From positions 4,433 through 68,432 of the forward strand of contig OMVB01000157.1 in assembly GCA_900314395.1 (NCBI GenBank): a stretch of 64,000 nucleotides of DNA. Direction: 5' to 3'. How positions within the stretch are numbered: the stretch's first letter is position 1; the number at the start of each line of letters is the position of its first letter. A program made the translations under genes and the position numbers. This document shows, in pieces, positions 20,121-30,797 of the stretch. This stretch comes from an uncultured Prevotellaceae bacterium. GTDB taxonomy: Bacteria; Bacteroidota; Bacteroidia; Bacteroidales; UBA932. The notes under the pieces are model-generated. The model did no database searches and was not told where the DNA came from. It saw only the letters and a program-made list of their open reading frames with translations.

Positions 20121-21782
20121 CTATGCAAACGCAATCAGGATGATAATCTCGGCGGCAAGGATGCGCAGGAACATCGCCATCGGATAAACTGTGGCGTAGC
20201 ACTCCGCCGTCTTGTCATTCTTGTAGTTGGCCATAACTGTAGACAGCGCCGGAGCGTTTGTGGTGGCACCTGTCAGCAGGCCGCAAATCTCCACGAAGCT
20301 CATTTTGAAGGAATACCTTGCCAGCAGGCCTGTCAACACAGCCGGAACAAGGGCTATGGCAGCACCGTAAAGCAGCCATGTGGCACCATCGGCGCAGAAC
20401 AGACGGCCAAAATCCTTACCTGCACCAAGGCCGATGGCTCCGAGCATCAGGCAAAGGCCAAGCTCGCGCATCATTTTGTTCGCGCTGCTGGTTGTATAAG
20501 TGGTTATCCTGAACCTTGGTCCATAGTAGCCAAGAAGTATGGAAACCACGATGCAGCCCGCTGCAAGGCCGAATCTTATGGTATTGCCCAGGAAGGTCAG
20601 CGGAATCGCTCCCACGATAAGGCCAAGTCCGATGCCTATGAAAACAGGTACAAGATTGGGCTTTTCAAGGTCTGTGCTGCTGTTTCCGACGATGTCGGAA
20701 GCCTTCTTAATCTGCTCTTCACTGCCGATGACAGACAGCGTGTCGCCCATCTGGAGCATGAGGTCCGGCCGTCCTATGAGGGACACTCCGGCGCGGTTAA
20801 CCTTTGTAACCGTAACGCCGTATTTTGAAGCCAGTTCCAAGGAACCGAGTTTCCTTCCGGTGAGTCCGGTTTTGGTTACCAGCAGCTTCCTTTTTACAAG
20901 CTCTCCGGTGATTGCGGGAGTCTTGTCCGATGCAGATTCGATGCGGCCGAAGACGACCTCGATGTCGGTAATATATTTAGCCGGAACGTCGATGGTCAGA
21001 AGGTCTCCCTGCTCAATTGCCGGGTCCTGTGCAACGGGGATGTTTACGCCCTTCCTGACAAGGCTTGAAACAACGTAATTAGTCTTGAATTTTTCTCCTA
21101 TTCCGGATAAATTAAGTCCAAAAACTCCAGGGTTAACTACTTGTACTGTAATCGTTTCTATAAAATCGGACGTGCTGCGGTCTGCATTTTCACTTGTGCC
21201 TGGCCTGAAGGCTTTCCTGAAGATGAAAAGCACCAGCAGGAGGCAGAGGATACCCACCGGATAAACGACTGTAAAAGCGCTGGCAATTTCCGATGCCACC
21301 TCCGGGTTCTGGACCTCTGCCAGGAAGGAACCGTTGGCTACGTCATAGTAGCTCTGCTGGGCGGTACCCATGGCCGGAGTGTTGGTAACTGCTCCGGACA
21401 GTACGCCAAGCATACTTGGAACGTCCTTTCCGCTAAAAGACAGCAGGACCCCGAAGCAAATAACGGAAAGTGCTATCATTATCAGGGATAATAAATTGAG
21501 TTTCAGGCCTTTGCCCCGGAAGGAACTGAAGAATCCCGGCCCCATTTGCATGCCTATGTTGAATACGAATAAAACAAGGCCGAACTCCTTTATGAAGTGC
21601 AGGAACAGAGGGTCTGTCTTGATGCCCGCCGCGCTAATGGCGATACCAGTGAAAAGAATCCATACCGGACCAAGTGTAATGTTCTTGATTTTCAGTTTAT
21701 TAAGCAGTAATCCAATGCCGATTACCATTACAAGAACCATAAGTGAGTGGCCGGTTCCGGAGCCAAAGAAAAACTCTTGCAT
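20121..21782 (-). CDS. YidE/YbjL (AspT-like) transporter with two TrkA-C domains
   Basis: GAVTNTPAMG and GATTNAPAL duplicated motifs; many TM helices; central RCK_C-like repeats. Confidence 0.88.
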   Translation of the reverse strand: MQEFFFGSGTGHSLMVLVMVIGIGLLLNKLKIKNITLGPVWILFTGIAISAAGIKTDPLFLHFIKEFGLVLFVFNIGMQMGPGFFSSFRGKGLKLNLLSLIMIALSVICFGVLLSFSGKDVPSMLGVLSGAVTNTPAMGTAQQSYYDVANGSFLAEVQNPEVASEIASAFTVVYPVGILCLLLVLFIFRKAFRPGTSENADRSTSDFIETITVQVVNPGVFGLNLSGIGEKFKTNYVVSSLVRKGVNIPVAQDPAIEQGDLLTIDVPAKYITDIEVVFGRIESASDKTPAITGELVKRKLLVTKTGLTGRKLGSLELASKYGVTVTKVNRAGVSLIGRPDLMLQMGDTLSVIGSEEQIKKASDIVGNSSTDLEKPNLVPVFIGIGLGLIVGAIPLTFLGNTIRFGLAAGCIVVSILLGYYGPRFRITTYTTSSANKMMRELGLCLMLGAIGLGAGKDFGRLFCADGATWLLYGAAIALVPAVLTGLLARYSFKMSFVEICGLLTGATTNAPALSTVMANYKNDKTAECYATVYPMAMFLRILAAEIIILIAFA

Positions 21783-21795
21783 ATCTTTTATGTGG

Positions 21796-22587
21796 TTAAT
21801 AATCTACTTTGGAAAGGAAGAGGGCGTTGCCGGGGACGGATTCGCCGGCGGCGCAGCGGTCCCCGCTGGCCAGGACTTCCTCTATGTGGGATACCGGATA
21901 GCGGCCGCGGCCGATGTCCAGCAGGGTGCCTACGACGGCCCGGACCATGTTCCGGAGGAAGCGGTCTGCGGAGATGGTGAAGACCAGGTACCGGGACCCT
22001 TCGGCTTCGCTCAGGGTGACAGGGGATGCCGGATAACCCATCAGGGCGACGTGGGTGGGGGTGTATGGTTTCCAGGAGGCCTCGAAGACTGTGCAGACGG
22101 AGGTCTTGTTGTTGCCGCCAGTCTTTTCAAAGCAGCTGAAGTCATGTGTTCCCAGCAAAAATTCGCAAGCCTTGTTCATGGCATCTACGTCCAGCGGATA
22201 GGTGTAAAGGTAGGAGTAGGAAGTCATGAAAGGGTCCTTCTTTCTGTGTATGAAATAGTTATACCGGCGGAGCCGGGCATCGAAGCGTGCGTGGAAGCCG
22301 TCGGCCGCAACTTTCACTTCGTGAATAGTTACGGAAGAAGGCAAAATGGCATTTAATTTGCAGGCAATTTCTTCTTCGCGGAAGGGCTGTGAAACATCGA
22401 AGTGAGCCACATAGCCGATGGCATTCACCCCGGCGTCAGTCCTGCCCGCACCGGTAACGGAAACAGTCTCCCGGAGGGCGAGTGAAAGAGCCCTTTCCAG
22501 GACCTCCTGGACGGACTGGGCGTTGGGCTGGATTTGCCAGCCGCTGAACCCTGAACCGTCGTAAGACAACGTGACTGAATAGCGCAT
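21796..22587 (-). CDS. truA: tRNA pseudouridine(38-40) synthase
   Basis: YDGSGFSGWQ, GAGRTDAGV, THDFSCF and FLRNMVR motifs. Confidence 0.96.
   Translation of the reverse strand: MRYSVTLSYDGSGFSGWQIQPNAQSVQEVLERALSLALRETVSVTGAGRTDAGVNAIGYVAHFDVSQPFREEEIACKLNAILPSSVTIHEVKVAADGFHARFDARLRRYNYFIHRKKDPFMTSYSYLYTYPLDVDAMNKACEFLLGTHDFSCFEKTGGNNKTSVCTVFEASWKPYTPTHVALMGYPASPVTLSEAEGSRYLVFTISADRFLRNMVRAVVGTLLDIGRGRYPVSHIEEVLASGDRCAAGESVPGNALFLSKVDY
21993..22026 (-). repeat. REP-like family A, copy 5 (in-frame in TruA)
   Basis: TCCCCTGTC-ACCCT-GAGCGAAGCCGA-AGGGT-CCC encodes SPVTLSEAEGS. Confidence 0.85.
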
Positions 22588-22625
22588 ATCGGTATTTTTT
22601 GCAAAGATAGAAAAAACAATATAAA

Positions 22626-23615
22626 ATGGACGTAAACATCAAAGAATTGAACGAGCGAATCCAGCAGGAAAGTCAGTTTGTGGACATGCTTTCGCTCGAA
22701 ATGGGCAAGGTAATCGTGGGCCAGAAAGGCCTTGTGGAGAATCTTCTTATCGGCCTGCTGGCCGGCGGCCACATCCTCCTTGAAGGTGTTCCCGGTCTGG
22801 CAAAGACCCTGGCTATCAACACACTGGCCCAGGCTGTGGATGCAAAATTCAGCCGTATCCAGTTCACCCCGGACCTTCTGCCGGCAGACCTCATCGGAAC
22901 GATGATATACTCCCAGAAGAACGAATCGTTCGAGGTCCACAAAGGTCCCGTCTTCGCAAACTTCGTTCTCGCGGACGAGATTAACCGAAGCCCTGCAAAA
23001 GTCCAGAGTGCGCTTCTGGAGGCGATGCAGGAAAAACAGGTCACCATCGGCGACAAAACCTTCCCGCTGCCGCAGCCTTTCCTTGTAATGGCAACCCAGA
23101 ACCCTATCGAACAGGAAGGAACGTATCCCCTGCCGGAGGCCCAGGTGGACCGATTCATGCTTAAAGTGATTGTGGGCTATCCCAAGAAAGAGGAAGAGCG
23201 CCAGATTATCCGCATGAACAACAGCGGGGAATTCCCTCACGCAAACCCTGTAGTAAAGCCGGAAGACATCATCCGCGCCCGTGAGGTTGTCCGTGACGTA
23301 TACATGGACGAAAAGATTGAAAAATACATTGTGGACATCGTTTACGCCACCCGTACCCCTGAAGACTACAATCTTGCAAATATCAAGAACCTCATTTCTT
23401 ACGGAGCATCCCCCCGTGCCAGCATATCCCTTTCACTGGCCGCAAAGGCTTACGCTTTCATAAAGAGAAGAGGCTATGTAATCCCGGAGGATGTACGTGC
23501 CGTATCGGCGGAAGTGCTCCGTCACAGGATAGGCCTTACTTATGAGGCAGAGGCAGAGAATGTAACCACGGAGAACATTATTTCCGAGGTCCTGAACGCT
23601 GTAATGGTTCCGTAA
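22626..23615 (+). CDS. moxR: MoxR family AAA+ ATPase
   Basis: GVPGLAKT, RIQFTPDLLP, DEINR and LPEAQVDRF motifs. Confidence 0.95.
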   Translation: MDVNIKELNERIQQESQFVDMLSLEMGKVIVGQKGLVENLLIGLLAGGHILLEGVPGLAKTLAINTLAQAVDAKFSRIQFTPDLLPADLIGTMIYSQKNESFEVHKGPVFANFVLADEINRSPAKVQSALLEAMQEKQVTIGDKTFPLPQPFLVMATQNPIEQEGTYPLPEAQVDRFMLKVIVGYPKKEEERQIIRMNNSGEFPHANPVVKPEDIIRAREVVRDVYMDEKIEKYIVDIVYATRTPEDYNLANIKNLISYGASPRASISLSLAAKAYAFIKRRGYVIPEDVRAVSAEVLRHRIGLTYEAEAENVTTENIISEVLNAVMVP

Positions 23616-23621
23616 CGGAAA

Positions 23622-24512
23622 ATGGAGAAAACAACTACAACAGAATTGCTTAAGAAGGTCCGGAAACTGGAAATCCGGACCAAGGCCCTGTCGCACCAGA
23701 TCTTCGCGGGAGAGTACCATTCCGCCTTCAAAGGCAAGGGTATGGCCTTCAGCGAGGTCCGCGAGTACCAGTGGGGAGACGACGTCCGCAGCATGGACTG
23801 GAACGTCACCGCGCGCATGCACGCCCCCTATGTAAAGGTATTCGAGGAAGAGAGGGAACTTACTGTGATGCTGCTTGTGGACATCAGCCGCTCCGGCCTT
23901 TTTGGAACGACGGTACGCACCAAGCGTGACCTCACCGCGGAAATCGCCGCAGTGCTGGCCTTTTCCGCCATCATCAACAACGACAAGGTGGGGGCGCTGC
24001 TCTTCAGCGACAAAGTAGAAAAGTTCATTCCCCCGGCAAAAGGACGCAGCCACCTGCTCCACATCATCCGCGAAGTGCTTGAGTGGCAGCCGCAAAGTGA
24101 CGGAACAGACGTCAGCGAGGCCCTCCGGTACATGACCGGCGCGCTTAAGAAACGCTGCACCGCCTTCGTCCTGTCCGATATGATTGATTTCGGGGCCGAT
24201 GGTTCTCCGCGCTACGATGACGCCCTCAAGATTGCAGCCGGCCGCCACGACCTTTCCGTCATCCGCATATACGACCCCAGGGAGAAGACCCTCCCCTCAG
24301 TGGGCCTTGTCCATGCGAAGGACGCAGAGACCGGGGAGACGGCAATAATCAACACCTCCAGCCGCAAGGCAAGGAGGGAGTATGCCGCATGGTGGACATC
24401 GGCATGGCAGCAGGCAGAAAACATAATGCGCCGCAGCAGCGTGGACTCCGTAGACATCGCAACGGACCAGGACTATGTCAAGGCGCTGATTTCATTATTC
24501 AGAAGCAGGTAA
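23622..24512 (+). CDS. DUF58 domain (VWA-like) protein
   Basis: FSEVREYQWGDDVRSMDWNVTAR motif; follows moxR. Confidence 0.93.
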   Translation: MEKTTTTELLKKVRKLEIRTKALSHQIFAGEYHSAFKGKGMAFSEVREYQWGDDVRSMDWNVTARMHAPYVKVFEEERELTVMLLVDISRSGLFGTTVRTKRDLTAEIAAVLAFSAIINNDKVGALLFSDKVEKFIPPAKGRSHLLHIIREVLEWQPQSDGTDVSEALRYMTGALKKRCTAFVLSDMIDFGADGSPRYDDALKIAAGRHDLSVIRIYDPREKTLPSVGLVHAKDAETGETAIINTSSRKARREYAAWWTSAWQQAENIMRRSSVDSVDIATDQDYVKALISLFRSR

Positions 24513-24513
24513 T

Positions 24514-25461
24514 ATGATTAAAAAGATATTGACGGCAACTGTTTTGCTCCTTGCCCTGCTGCCCGTTAAGGGACAGGACAGGGAAGCCTTCCTGAGGCAG
24601 CTCCAGAAGAGGGATTCCGTCCTTATAGCGGACCAGCTTTCCTATGGGGCGGCCCTTGAGGGGCTAAAGGAGGGAACCGTGCTGCAGCTGCCGGAATATG
24701 ACAAAAACCAGCTCACGGAAGGCGTGGAGGTCGTTAAGCCCTGGGCCCTCGACACCCTTAAGAAGCGTAAGGACAATGTGGACGTTGAGGCTTCCCTTAC
24801 CATAACCTCTTTTGATGAGGGCGAATATACCCTGCCGGACATCAGGATTGCCAGAACCCTGCCGGACGGCAGCACGGATACCCTGGTTTTCAAGGGCAAG
24901 TCCCTCACAGTCACCACAATACCGGTGGACACCGCCAATTTCACGGTACATGACATTCGCGGCCAGATAGGCTATCCGCTCACCTTCGCAGAGGTCGTGC
25001 CTTATATCGGTGCAGTCCTTGGCGCAATCCTTCTTGCTGCGATTATCTTCTTTGTAATCAGGTACATACGCGGCAAACGGAAGGCGGCTGCGGCTCCGCC
25101 GGAGCCCGCCCACATCGTGGCGCTGCGGAAGCTGGATTCCCTGCGGGGAAACAAGTACTGGGCCCCGGAGAAGCAGAAGCTCTACTACTCCGGCATTACG
25201 GATGCGCTGCGTGAGTACATAGCCGCCAGGTACGGCTTCGGTGCAATGGAGATGACAACGGCAGAGATTTTCAAGGCCGTCAAGGGCACTGAGTTCCCGG
25301 ACAGCTACAAGGAGCCCTTGAAGGACCTCTTTGAGACTTCGGACTTTGTTAAATTTGCTAAAATGACCGTTGACGATGACTACAATGCCAAGGCCCTCCC
25401 CCTGGCAGTAAGGTTTGTCACGGAGACATATCAGGAAGAGATAGAGAAAGATGTTCTTTGA
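24514..25461 (+). CDS. Bat-operon membrane protein (BatD-like domain)
   Basis: Signal peptide, TM helix, YYSGITDALREYI and EMTTAEI; usual position before batA. Confidence 0.75.
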   Translation: MIKKILTATVLLLALLPVKGQDREAFLRQLQKRDSVLIADQLSYGAALEGLKEGTVLQLPEYDKNQLTEGVEVVKPWALDTLKKRKDNVDVEASLTITSFDEGEYTLPDIRIARTLPDGSTDTLVFKGKSLTVTTIPVDTANFTVHDIRGQIGYPLTFAEVVPYIGAVLGAILLAAIIFFVIRYIRGKRKAAAAPPEPAHIVALRKLDSLRGNKYWAPEKQKLYYSGITDALREYIAARYGFGAMEMTTAEIFKAVKGTEFPDSYKEPLKDLFETSDFVKFAKMTVDDDYNAKALPLAVRFVTETYQEEIEKDVL

Positions 25462-26434
25462 TTATCCATATTTGCTCTGGTTGCTGGCTGTTCCGGTTTT
25501 GCTGGCCGCCCTGTACGTTTACAGGCAGGTCCGCCGCCGGGAGCCGCACCTTCGCGTTTCAAACATAACTCCCTGGAAGAAAGGTACTTCCGTATTCTGG
25601 AGCGTGCTTGTGCACCTGCCTGCGGTACTGCGGTTCGGAGCCATGTGCCTTATCGTTGTCTGTCTTGCAAGGCCAAAGTCATCGTCGGAAATGGAAAGGG
25701 TGGACACGGAAGGTATAGATATCGTCTTTGCGATGGATGTATCTACCAGTATGCTGGCGCGTGACTTCACCCCGGACCGTATCAGCGCAGCCAAGGATAT
25801 TGCCATAGAGTTCATCAGCCAGAGGCCGTCGGACAGGATGGGACTCGTCGTTTTTGCTGGCGAGAGCTACACCCAGTGCCCGCTTACCACGGACCGCGCC
25901 ACCCTCATCAACCTTATGAAAGAGGTCCAGACCGGTCTTATCGATGACGGAACGGCCATCGGCAACGGTCTTGCAACGGCGGTGGCAAGGATGAAGGATT
26001 CCGACGCCCCCAGCCGCGTTGTCATATTGCTGACCGACGGTGTCAACAATATGGGAGAAGTTGCCCCGGAGACCGCGGCAGAGATTGCAAAGACTTATGG
26101 TATAAGGGTTTATACCATCGGCGTAGGAGACAACGGAACGGCTCCTTATCCGGTCATGACTCCTTTTGGCGTCCAGGTACAGCAGGTGCAGGTAGAGATT
26201 GACGAGCCGCTTCTGCGGAGCATCGCCTCTGCTACCGGCGGACGCTACTTCCGCGCTACTGACAATACCAAGCTGGCGGAAATCTTCGGGGAAATCAATA
26301 AGATGGAAAAGGCCAGGACCACTGTGGACAGCTTCCCGGTTTATAAGGAACTGTTCCCCAGGTTCGCAATAATAGCGCTCCTGCTGCTTTTGGCGGAGCT
26401 TGTCGTTAAACTGTTCATAAGGAGGCTGCCATGA
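25451..26434 (+). CDS. batA: BatA, VWA domain protein
   Basis: MIDAS motif DVSTSM, GTAIGNGL, LLTDG and N-terminal BatA TM domain. Confidence 0.92.
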   Translation: MFFDYPYLLWLLAVPVLLAALYVYRQVRRREPHLRVSNITPWKKGTSVFWSVLVHLPAVLRFGAMCLIVVCLARPKSSSEMERVDTEGIDIVFAMDVSTSMLARDFTPDRISAAKDIAIEFISQRPSDRMGLVVFAGESYTQCPLTTDRATLINLMKEVQTGLIDDGTAIGNGLATAVARMKDSDAPSRVVILLTDGVNNMGEVAPETAAEIAKTYGIRVYTIGVGDNGTAPYPVMTPFGVQVQQVQVEIDEPLLRSIASATGGRYFRATDNTKLAEIFGEINKMEKARTTVDSFPVYKELFPRFAIIALLLLLAELVVKLFIRRLP

Positions 26435-27435
26435 TTTACTATCTTGCATCTCCACAGTATCTGTGGCTGTTGATACTTGTCCCGCTGCTTCCTGTCATCT
26501 TTATTATAGGGCGCAGGCTTAGGCGCGCGCGTATACGCCGCCTGGGAGACGAGTCCCTTGTGAACGACCTTATGCCTTCTGTTTCAAAGGCCAAGGACTG
26601 GGCCAGGATAGTCCTTTTCACGCTAGGCTTCCTGTTCTTTGTGGTTGGCCTGTGCCGCCCCCAGATAGGTGCCAAGCTCAGTGAGCACAAAACCCGCGGC
26701 GCAGAGGTCATGATTGCCCTGGACGTTTCCAACTCGATGCTGGCGGAGGACTATTCTCCAAACCGCCTGGAGCGCGCTAAACTGGCGATTTCCAGGATTA
26801 CGGACCGCTTGAGCCAGGACCGCATCGGCCTTATTATCTTTGCCGGAACATCATTCGTCCAGCTACCCATAACGGCCGACTATATATCGGCAAAAATGTT
26901 CCTTGGTACCATATCCACCGGCTCCGTTCCGGTGCAGGGAACGGCCATCGGCGACGCTATATCTACCGCTATCCGCAGCTTCAGCCTGGAGAGCGAGAAG
27001 AGCCGTGCAATCATCGTCATTTCCGACGGAGAGAACCATGAGGACGATGCCGTCGCTGCAGCAACCAATGCGCACGAGTCCGGAATTACGGTTTATACCA
27101 TCGGCGTTGGCTCCCCGGAGGGCCAGCCGATTCCTATGGATGGCGGGCTGCTCAAGGACAAGGACGGGCAGATCGTGGTGACCAAACTCAACGAGTCTGC
27201 CTTGCAGGAGATTGCCACCGCGGGCGGCGGCGCTTATGTCCGCGCCGGCAACGATGAGTTCGGACTTAACCCTGTAATTGACGATATCAAGGCTATGGAG
27301 GCGGAGGAGTTCAATTCTATAGTGTTCGAGGAATACAACGAGCAGTACATGTACTTTTTTGCGATAGCGTTCGTGCTGTTTGCAATAGAGATGCTGCTTG
27401 GCCGTAGACGTTCTAAAAGAAAGTTGTTTGTATGA
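26431..27435 (+). CDS. batB: BatB, VWA domain protein
   Basis: DVSNSM, GTAIGDAI and ISDGENH motifs. Confidence 0.9.
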   Translation: MIYYLASPQYLWLLILVPLLPVIFIIGRRLRRARIRRLGDESLVNDLMPSVSKAKDWARIVLFTLGFLFFVVGLCRPQIGAKLSEHKTRGAEVMIALDVSNSMLAEDYSPNRLERAKLAISRITDRLSQDRIGLIIFAGTSFVQLPITADYISAKMFLGTISTGSVPVQGTAIGDAISTAIRSFSLESEKSRAIIVISDGENHEDDAVAAATNAHESGITVYTIGVGSPEGQPIPMDGGLLKDKDGQIVVTKLNESALQEIATAGGGAYVRAGNDEFGLNPVIDDIKAMEAEEFNSIVFEEYNEQYMYFFAIAFVLFAIEMLLGRRRSKRKLFV

Positions 27436-28154
27436 GAGGTAAGATATTGATAATCTGCTGTTTGATGCTTTCTGCGCTGACTGCTGCCGCCCAGGTGGAC
27501 CGTAGCGAGGTGCGCTCCGGGAACCGTCGCTTCAAGAAGGGCGACTTCCGGGCTGCGGCGGTTGAATACATGAGGGCGCTGGACAAGGATTCCACTTCTT
27601 TTGCCGGCAACTACAATCTTGCCAGCGTGCACTATCGGCTTGGCTCTTATGATTCTGCCGCAGAATCGCTTGGCAAGCTGAAGGAAGTTGCCGGGGAAAG
27701 CCGGTACGGGGCCGATTATTACTATAATCTTGGCGACGTGGCTATCGCCAAAAAGGACTGGCAGGGGGCTGTGGACGCCTTCAAACAGTGTTTGATACTG
27801 GACCCGGGCAGCATAGAGGCCAAGGAGAATTATATCTACGCCAAGAAGCACCTGGAAAACAACAACGGCGGCGGCCAGAATGACCAGAACCAGAACAAGG
27901 ACCAGAACAAGGACCAGAACCAGGACCAGGATCAGAATCAGGACCATAACAAAGATCAGGACAAAGACCAGAACAAGGATAACAAGGACCAGCAGGGACA
28001 GCAGCCCCAGCCGCAACCTCAGCCGGTGAAGGTATCGCCCCAGCAGGCCCAGCAGATGCTCCAGGCAATACAGGCCAAGGAAAAGAACACCCAGGAGAAG
28101 GTAGAAAAGGCCAAGGCAGCCGTCGGAGTCAGGAAGAATGAAAAGAATTGGTAG
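27432..28154 (+). CDS. batC: BatC, TPR protein with N/Q/D/K low-complexity linker
   Basis: TPR motifs YNLASVHY and YYNLGDV; QNKDQ repeats at about 27880-28010. Confidence 0.88.
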   Translation: MRGKILIICCLMLSALTAAAQVDRSEVRSGNRRFKKGDFRAAAVEYMRALDKDSTSFAGNYNLASVHYRLGSYDSAAESLGKLKEVAGESRYGADYYYNLGDVAIAKKDWQGAVDAFKQCLILDPGSIEAKENYIYAKKHLENNNGGGQNDQNQNKDQNKDQNQDQDQNQDHNKDQDKDQNKDNKDQQGQQPQPQPQPVKVSPQQAQQMLQAIQAKEKNTQEKVEKAKAAVGVRKNEKNW

Positions 28155-30774
28155 GATGAAAAAGAAACTTGCATTGCTTATACTTGCGCTGCTGCCGGTG
28201 GTCGCCCGGGGGCAGAGCTCTATCAAAGTGCAGGGGCAGAATATTGTGGCCCTGGACGAGCAGTTTTCCCTTACTTTCGTGATTGAAGCCCCTCAGGACA
28301 AGAGGCCTACGGACTTCAGGTGGTCTCCCGGGGATGACTTCCAGGTTGTCTGGGGGCCGCAGACGGGAACTTCCACGTCCATCGTAACAAGGAACGGAAG
28401 CACCACTACAACCTCCCAGTTCACTTACTCATACATCCTGCTGGCACGCAAGGAAGGTAAATTCCAGCTGCCGGCAGCTACCGCTTCTGTCGGTGGCAAC
28501 CAGATTAGTTCCAATCCCTATTCCGTAGAGGTTGTAAAGGGCGGCTCTTCCGGCGCAGGTTCTGCCGCAAGCAGCTCATCTTCAAGAGGTTCCGCTTCTT
28601 CCAGAAGTGCCGATATTTCTTCCGGCGACCTTTTCATGAGGCTTACGCTCAGCAGGAAAAGCGCCGTGATTGGGGAACCGGTGACTGCGGTCCTGAAGAT
28701 TTACCAGAAGGTGGATATCGCCGGCTTTGAGGACGTGCGTTTCCCTTCCTTCAACGGTTTCTGGAGCCAGGTTCTGGAGCAGCCTACCAATATCAACTTC
28801 CAGAGAGAGGTTCTTGGAGACAAGATTTACAATACCGCTTTGCTGCGCAGCTGGGTGCTTGTGCCTCAGCAGGCCGGGGAACTGACCATTGACTCGTCGG
28901 AGTTGACCTGCCTTGTGAATATTACCGTTCCGGGGCGCAGCAGCTCCATTTTTGACAGTTTCTTTGACGATAACGTACGCACCATCCGCAAGAGGGTGAC
29001 CGCTTCGGCTGTGAAACTGCCGGTAAGCAAGCTGCCTGCGGGAGCGCCGGAGAGCTTCGGCGGCGGTGTGGGCCAGTACAGCATGACTGCTTCACTGAGC
29101 CGCGATTCGCTGGCCGCACACGAGGCCGCATCGCTCACCATTACCATCACAGGTACCGGCAATGTAAGCCTTCTGGAGGCTCCGAAGGTGAATTTCCCTC
29201 CTGATTTTGAGGCTTATGACGTGAAGACCACGGACAAGACTACCCGCGGCGGAACGTCCGGCAGCAAGACCTTCGAGTTCCCGTTCATACCGCGCAGCCG
29301 CGGAAACTTCACCCTTGAACCCGTAGAGTGGAGCTATTACGACAGCAACACACATAAGTATGTGACTCTTACCACCGAGCCGATGTCCATTCCTGTTTCT
29401 GGGGATGCGGCCGCGCCGGCATCGGCGTCGCAGGGTGGCGGAATCCGCATCCCGGAGCGTTCCGGCGTGCGCAACCTGTCAGAGGATATCCGCTACATCC
29501 GCACCGGGAAACCGTCGCTGGGTAAAGGTACGCCCATGCTGGTTTCCAGGGCGGTTTATCCTGTTTTGCTGGCGTTAATGCTGCTTGGAACAGCCGGTTA
29601 CATTCTGCTTCGCAAGCGCTCGGAAAGGCGCAAGGCAGACGTTGCCGGAACGCGCAACCGCCGGGCCACCAAGATGGCCCTCGGCCGCCTGTCGGCATCC
29701 AAGGCCTATCTGGAAAAGAACCTGGATTCCGCCTTCTACGAGGAGCTGCACAAAGCTCTCATCGGCTATATTTCAGACAAGTTCAACATGCCTCAGGAGG
29801 AACTGGACAAGGATAATATCGCGACCAGGCTCCGTGAAAGGGGAGTGTCTGATGAACTTGCGTCAGAGTATACCGGACTTCTGGATACATGTGAGTTCGC
29901 TCGTTATTCTCCTGCTTCCGGCGACGGTGCCCTAAAGGCTCATTACGATGCCGCCGTGAAGGTTATTTCTTCTGTAGATTCAACTATGAAAAACAAAGGA
30001 TTCGCTGCAAAAGGTGCCGTTACTGTTGCAGTAATGCTGCTGGCCCTTGCTCCGTCGGCCATGGCGGAAGGCCATTACGCCGATTCCCTGTGGACAGAGG
30101 GCTCGGAGGCTTATGCGGACGGCTTGTGGCAGGAGGCTGCCCACAGCTGGCAGGCTCTGGAGGACGACGGTTATATTTCTTCCGTCCTGAGTTACAACCT
30201 TGGTAACGCTTACTTCAAGTCCGGAGAGAATGCCAAGGCTATACTCCATTACGAGAGGGCTCTCCGCGCCGATCCTTCCTTTGCCGATGCCCGCAACAAC
30301 CTTGAGTATGCCAATTCGCTGGTTCAGGACCGTATAGACGTGGTTCCGGAGTTTATTCTTGAGGCCTGGGGCCGGAGCGCCTGCTACAGTCTTAAGTCCG
30401 ATGTCTGGGCGGTTCTGTCGCTGATATTCTTTGCGGCTGCCTGCGTCCTGGCAGTGGGCTTCTTCCTGTCTTCCGGCAAGAAACGCCGCCGCTGCTTCTT
30501 CTTTGGCCTGGCTACGCTGCTGCTCTTCCTGCTGTGCCTTGACTTTGCCAACTGGCAGAGACAGGAGTTCGGCAAGAAGGATGCCGCTATTGTGATGGCG
30601 CCTGTATCCGCCGTCAAGAATTCTCCTGCGGGAGGTTCTGCTGTGAAGGACTTGTTCGTACTCCACGAGGGCGTGAAAGTCAAGATTCTTGACAGCGTGG
30701 GACAGTTTACCAACATAGAGCTTTCCGACGGCCGCCAGGGCTGGATTTCCACCACCGACATAGAAATCATTTAA
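28138..30774 (+). CDS. batD: BatD-BatE fusion (BatD repeats, TM, TPR, SH3b)
   Basis: N-terminal ~610 aa is BatD-like. The part from Met 29986 is BatE-like (YNLGNAYFK, AILHYERAL, LHEGVKV, GRQGWI). No stop between them. Confidence 0.85.
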   Translation: MKRIGRMKKKLALLILALLPVVARGQSSIKVQGQNIVALDEQFSLTFVIEAPQDKRPTDFRWSPGDDFQVVWGPQTGTSTSIVTRNGSTTTTSQFTYSYILLARKEGKFQLPAATASVGGNQISSNPYSVEVVKGGSSGAGSAASSSSSRGSASSRSADISSGDLFMRLTLSRKSAVIGEPVTAVLKIYQKVDIAGFEDVRFPSFNGFWSQVLEQPTNINFQREVLGDKIYNTALLRSWVLVPQQAGELTIDSSELTCLVNITVPGRSSSIFDSFFDDNVRTIRKRVTASAVKLPVSKLPAGAPESFGGGVGQYSMTASLSRDSLAAHEAASLTITITGTGNVSLLEAPKVNFPPDFEAYDVKTTDKTTRGGTSGSKTFEFPFIPRSRGNFTLEPVEWSYYDSNTHKYVTLTTEPMSIPVSGDAAAPASASQGGGIRIPERSGVRNLSEDIRYIRTGKPSLGKGTPMLVSRAVYPVLLALMLLGTAGYILLRKRSERRKADVAGTRNRRATKMALGRLSASKAYLEKNLDSAFYEELHKALIGYISDKFNMPQEELDKDNIATRLRERGVSDELASEYTGLLDTCEFARYSPASGDGALKAHYDAAVKVISSVDSTMKNKGFAAKGAVTVAVMLLALAPSAMAEGHYADSLWTEGSEAYADGLWQEAAHSWQALEDDGYISSVLSYNLGNAYFKSGENAKAILHYERALRADPSFADARNNLEYANSLVQDRIDVVPEFILEAWGRSACYSLKSDVWAVLSLIFFAAACVLAVGFFLSSGKKRRRCFFFGLATLLLFLLCLDFANWQRQEFGKKDAAIVMAPVSAVKNSPAGGSAVKDLFVLHEGVKVKILDSVGQFTNIELSDGRQGWISTTDIEII

Positions 30775-30797
30775 TCTTTACAATATGAACCTTTTCC

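Noticed and set aside
27880-28010. QNKDQ tandem repeats as a novel repeat locus
   Set aside because: Low-complexity linker typical of BatC.
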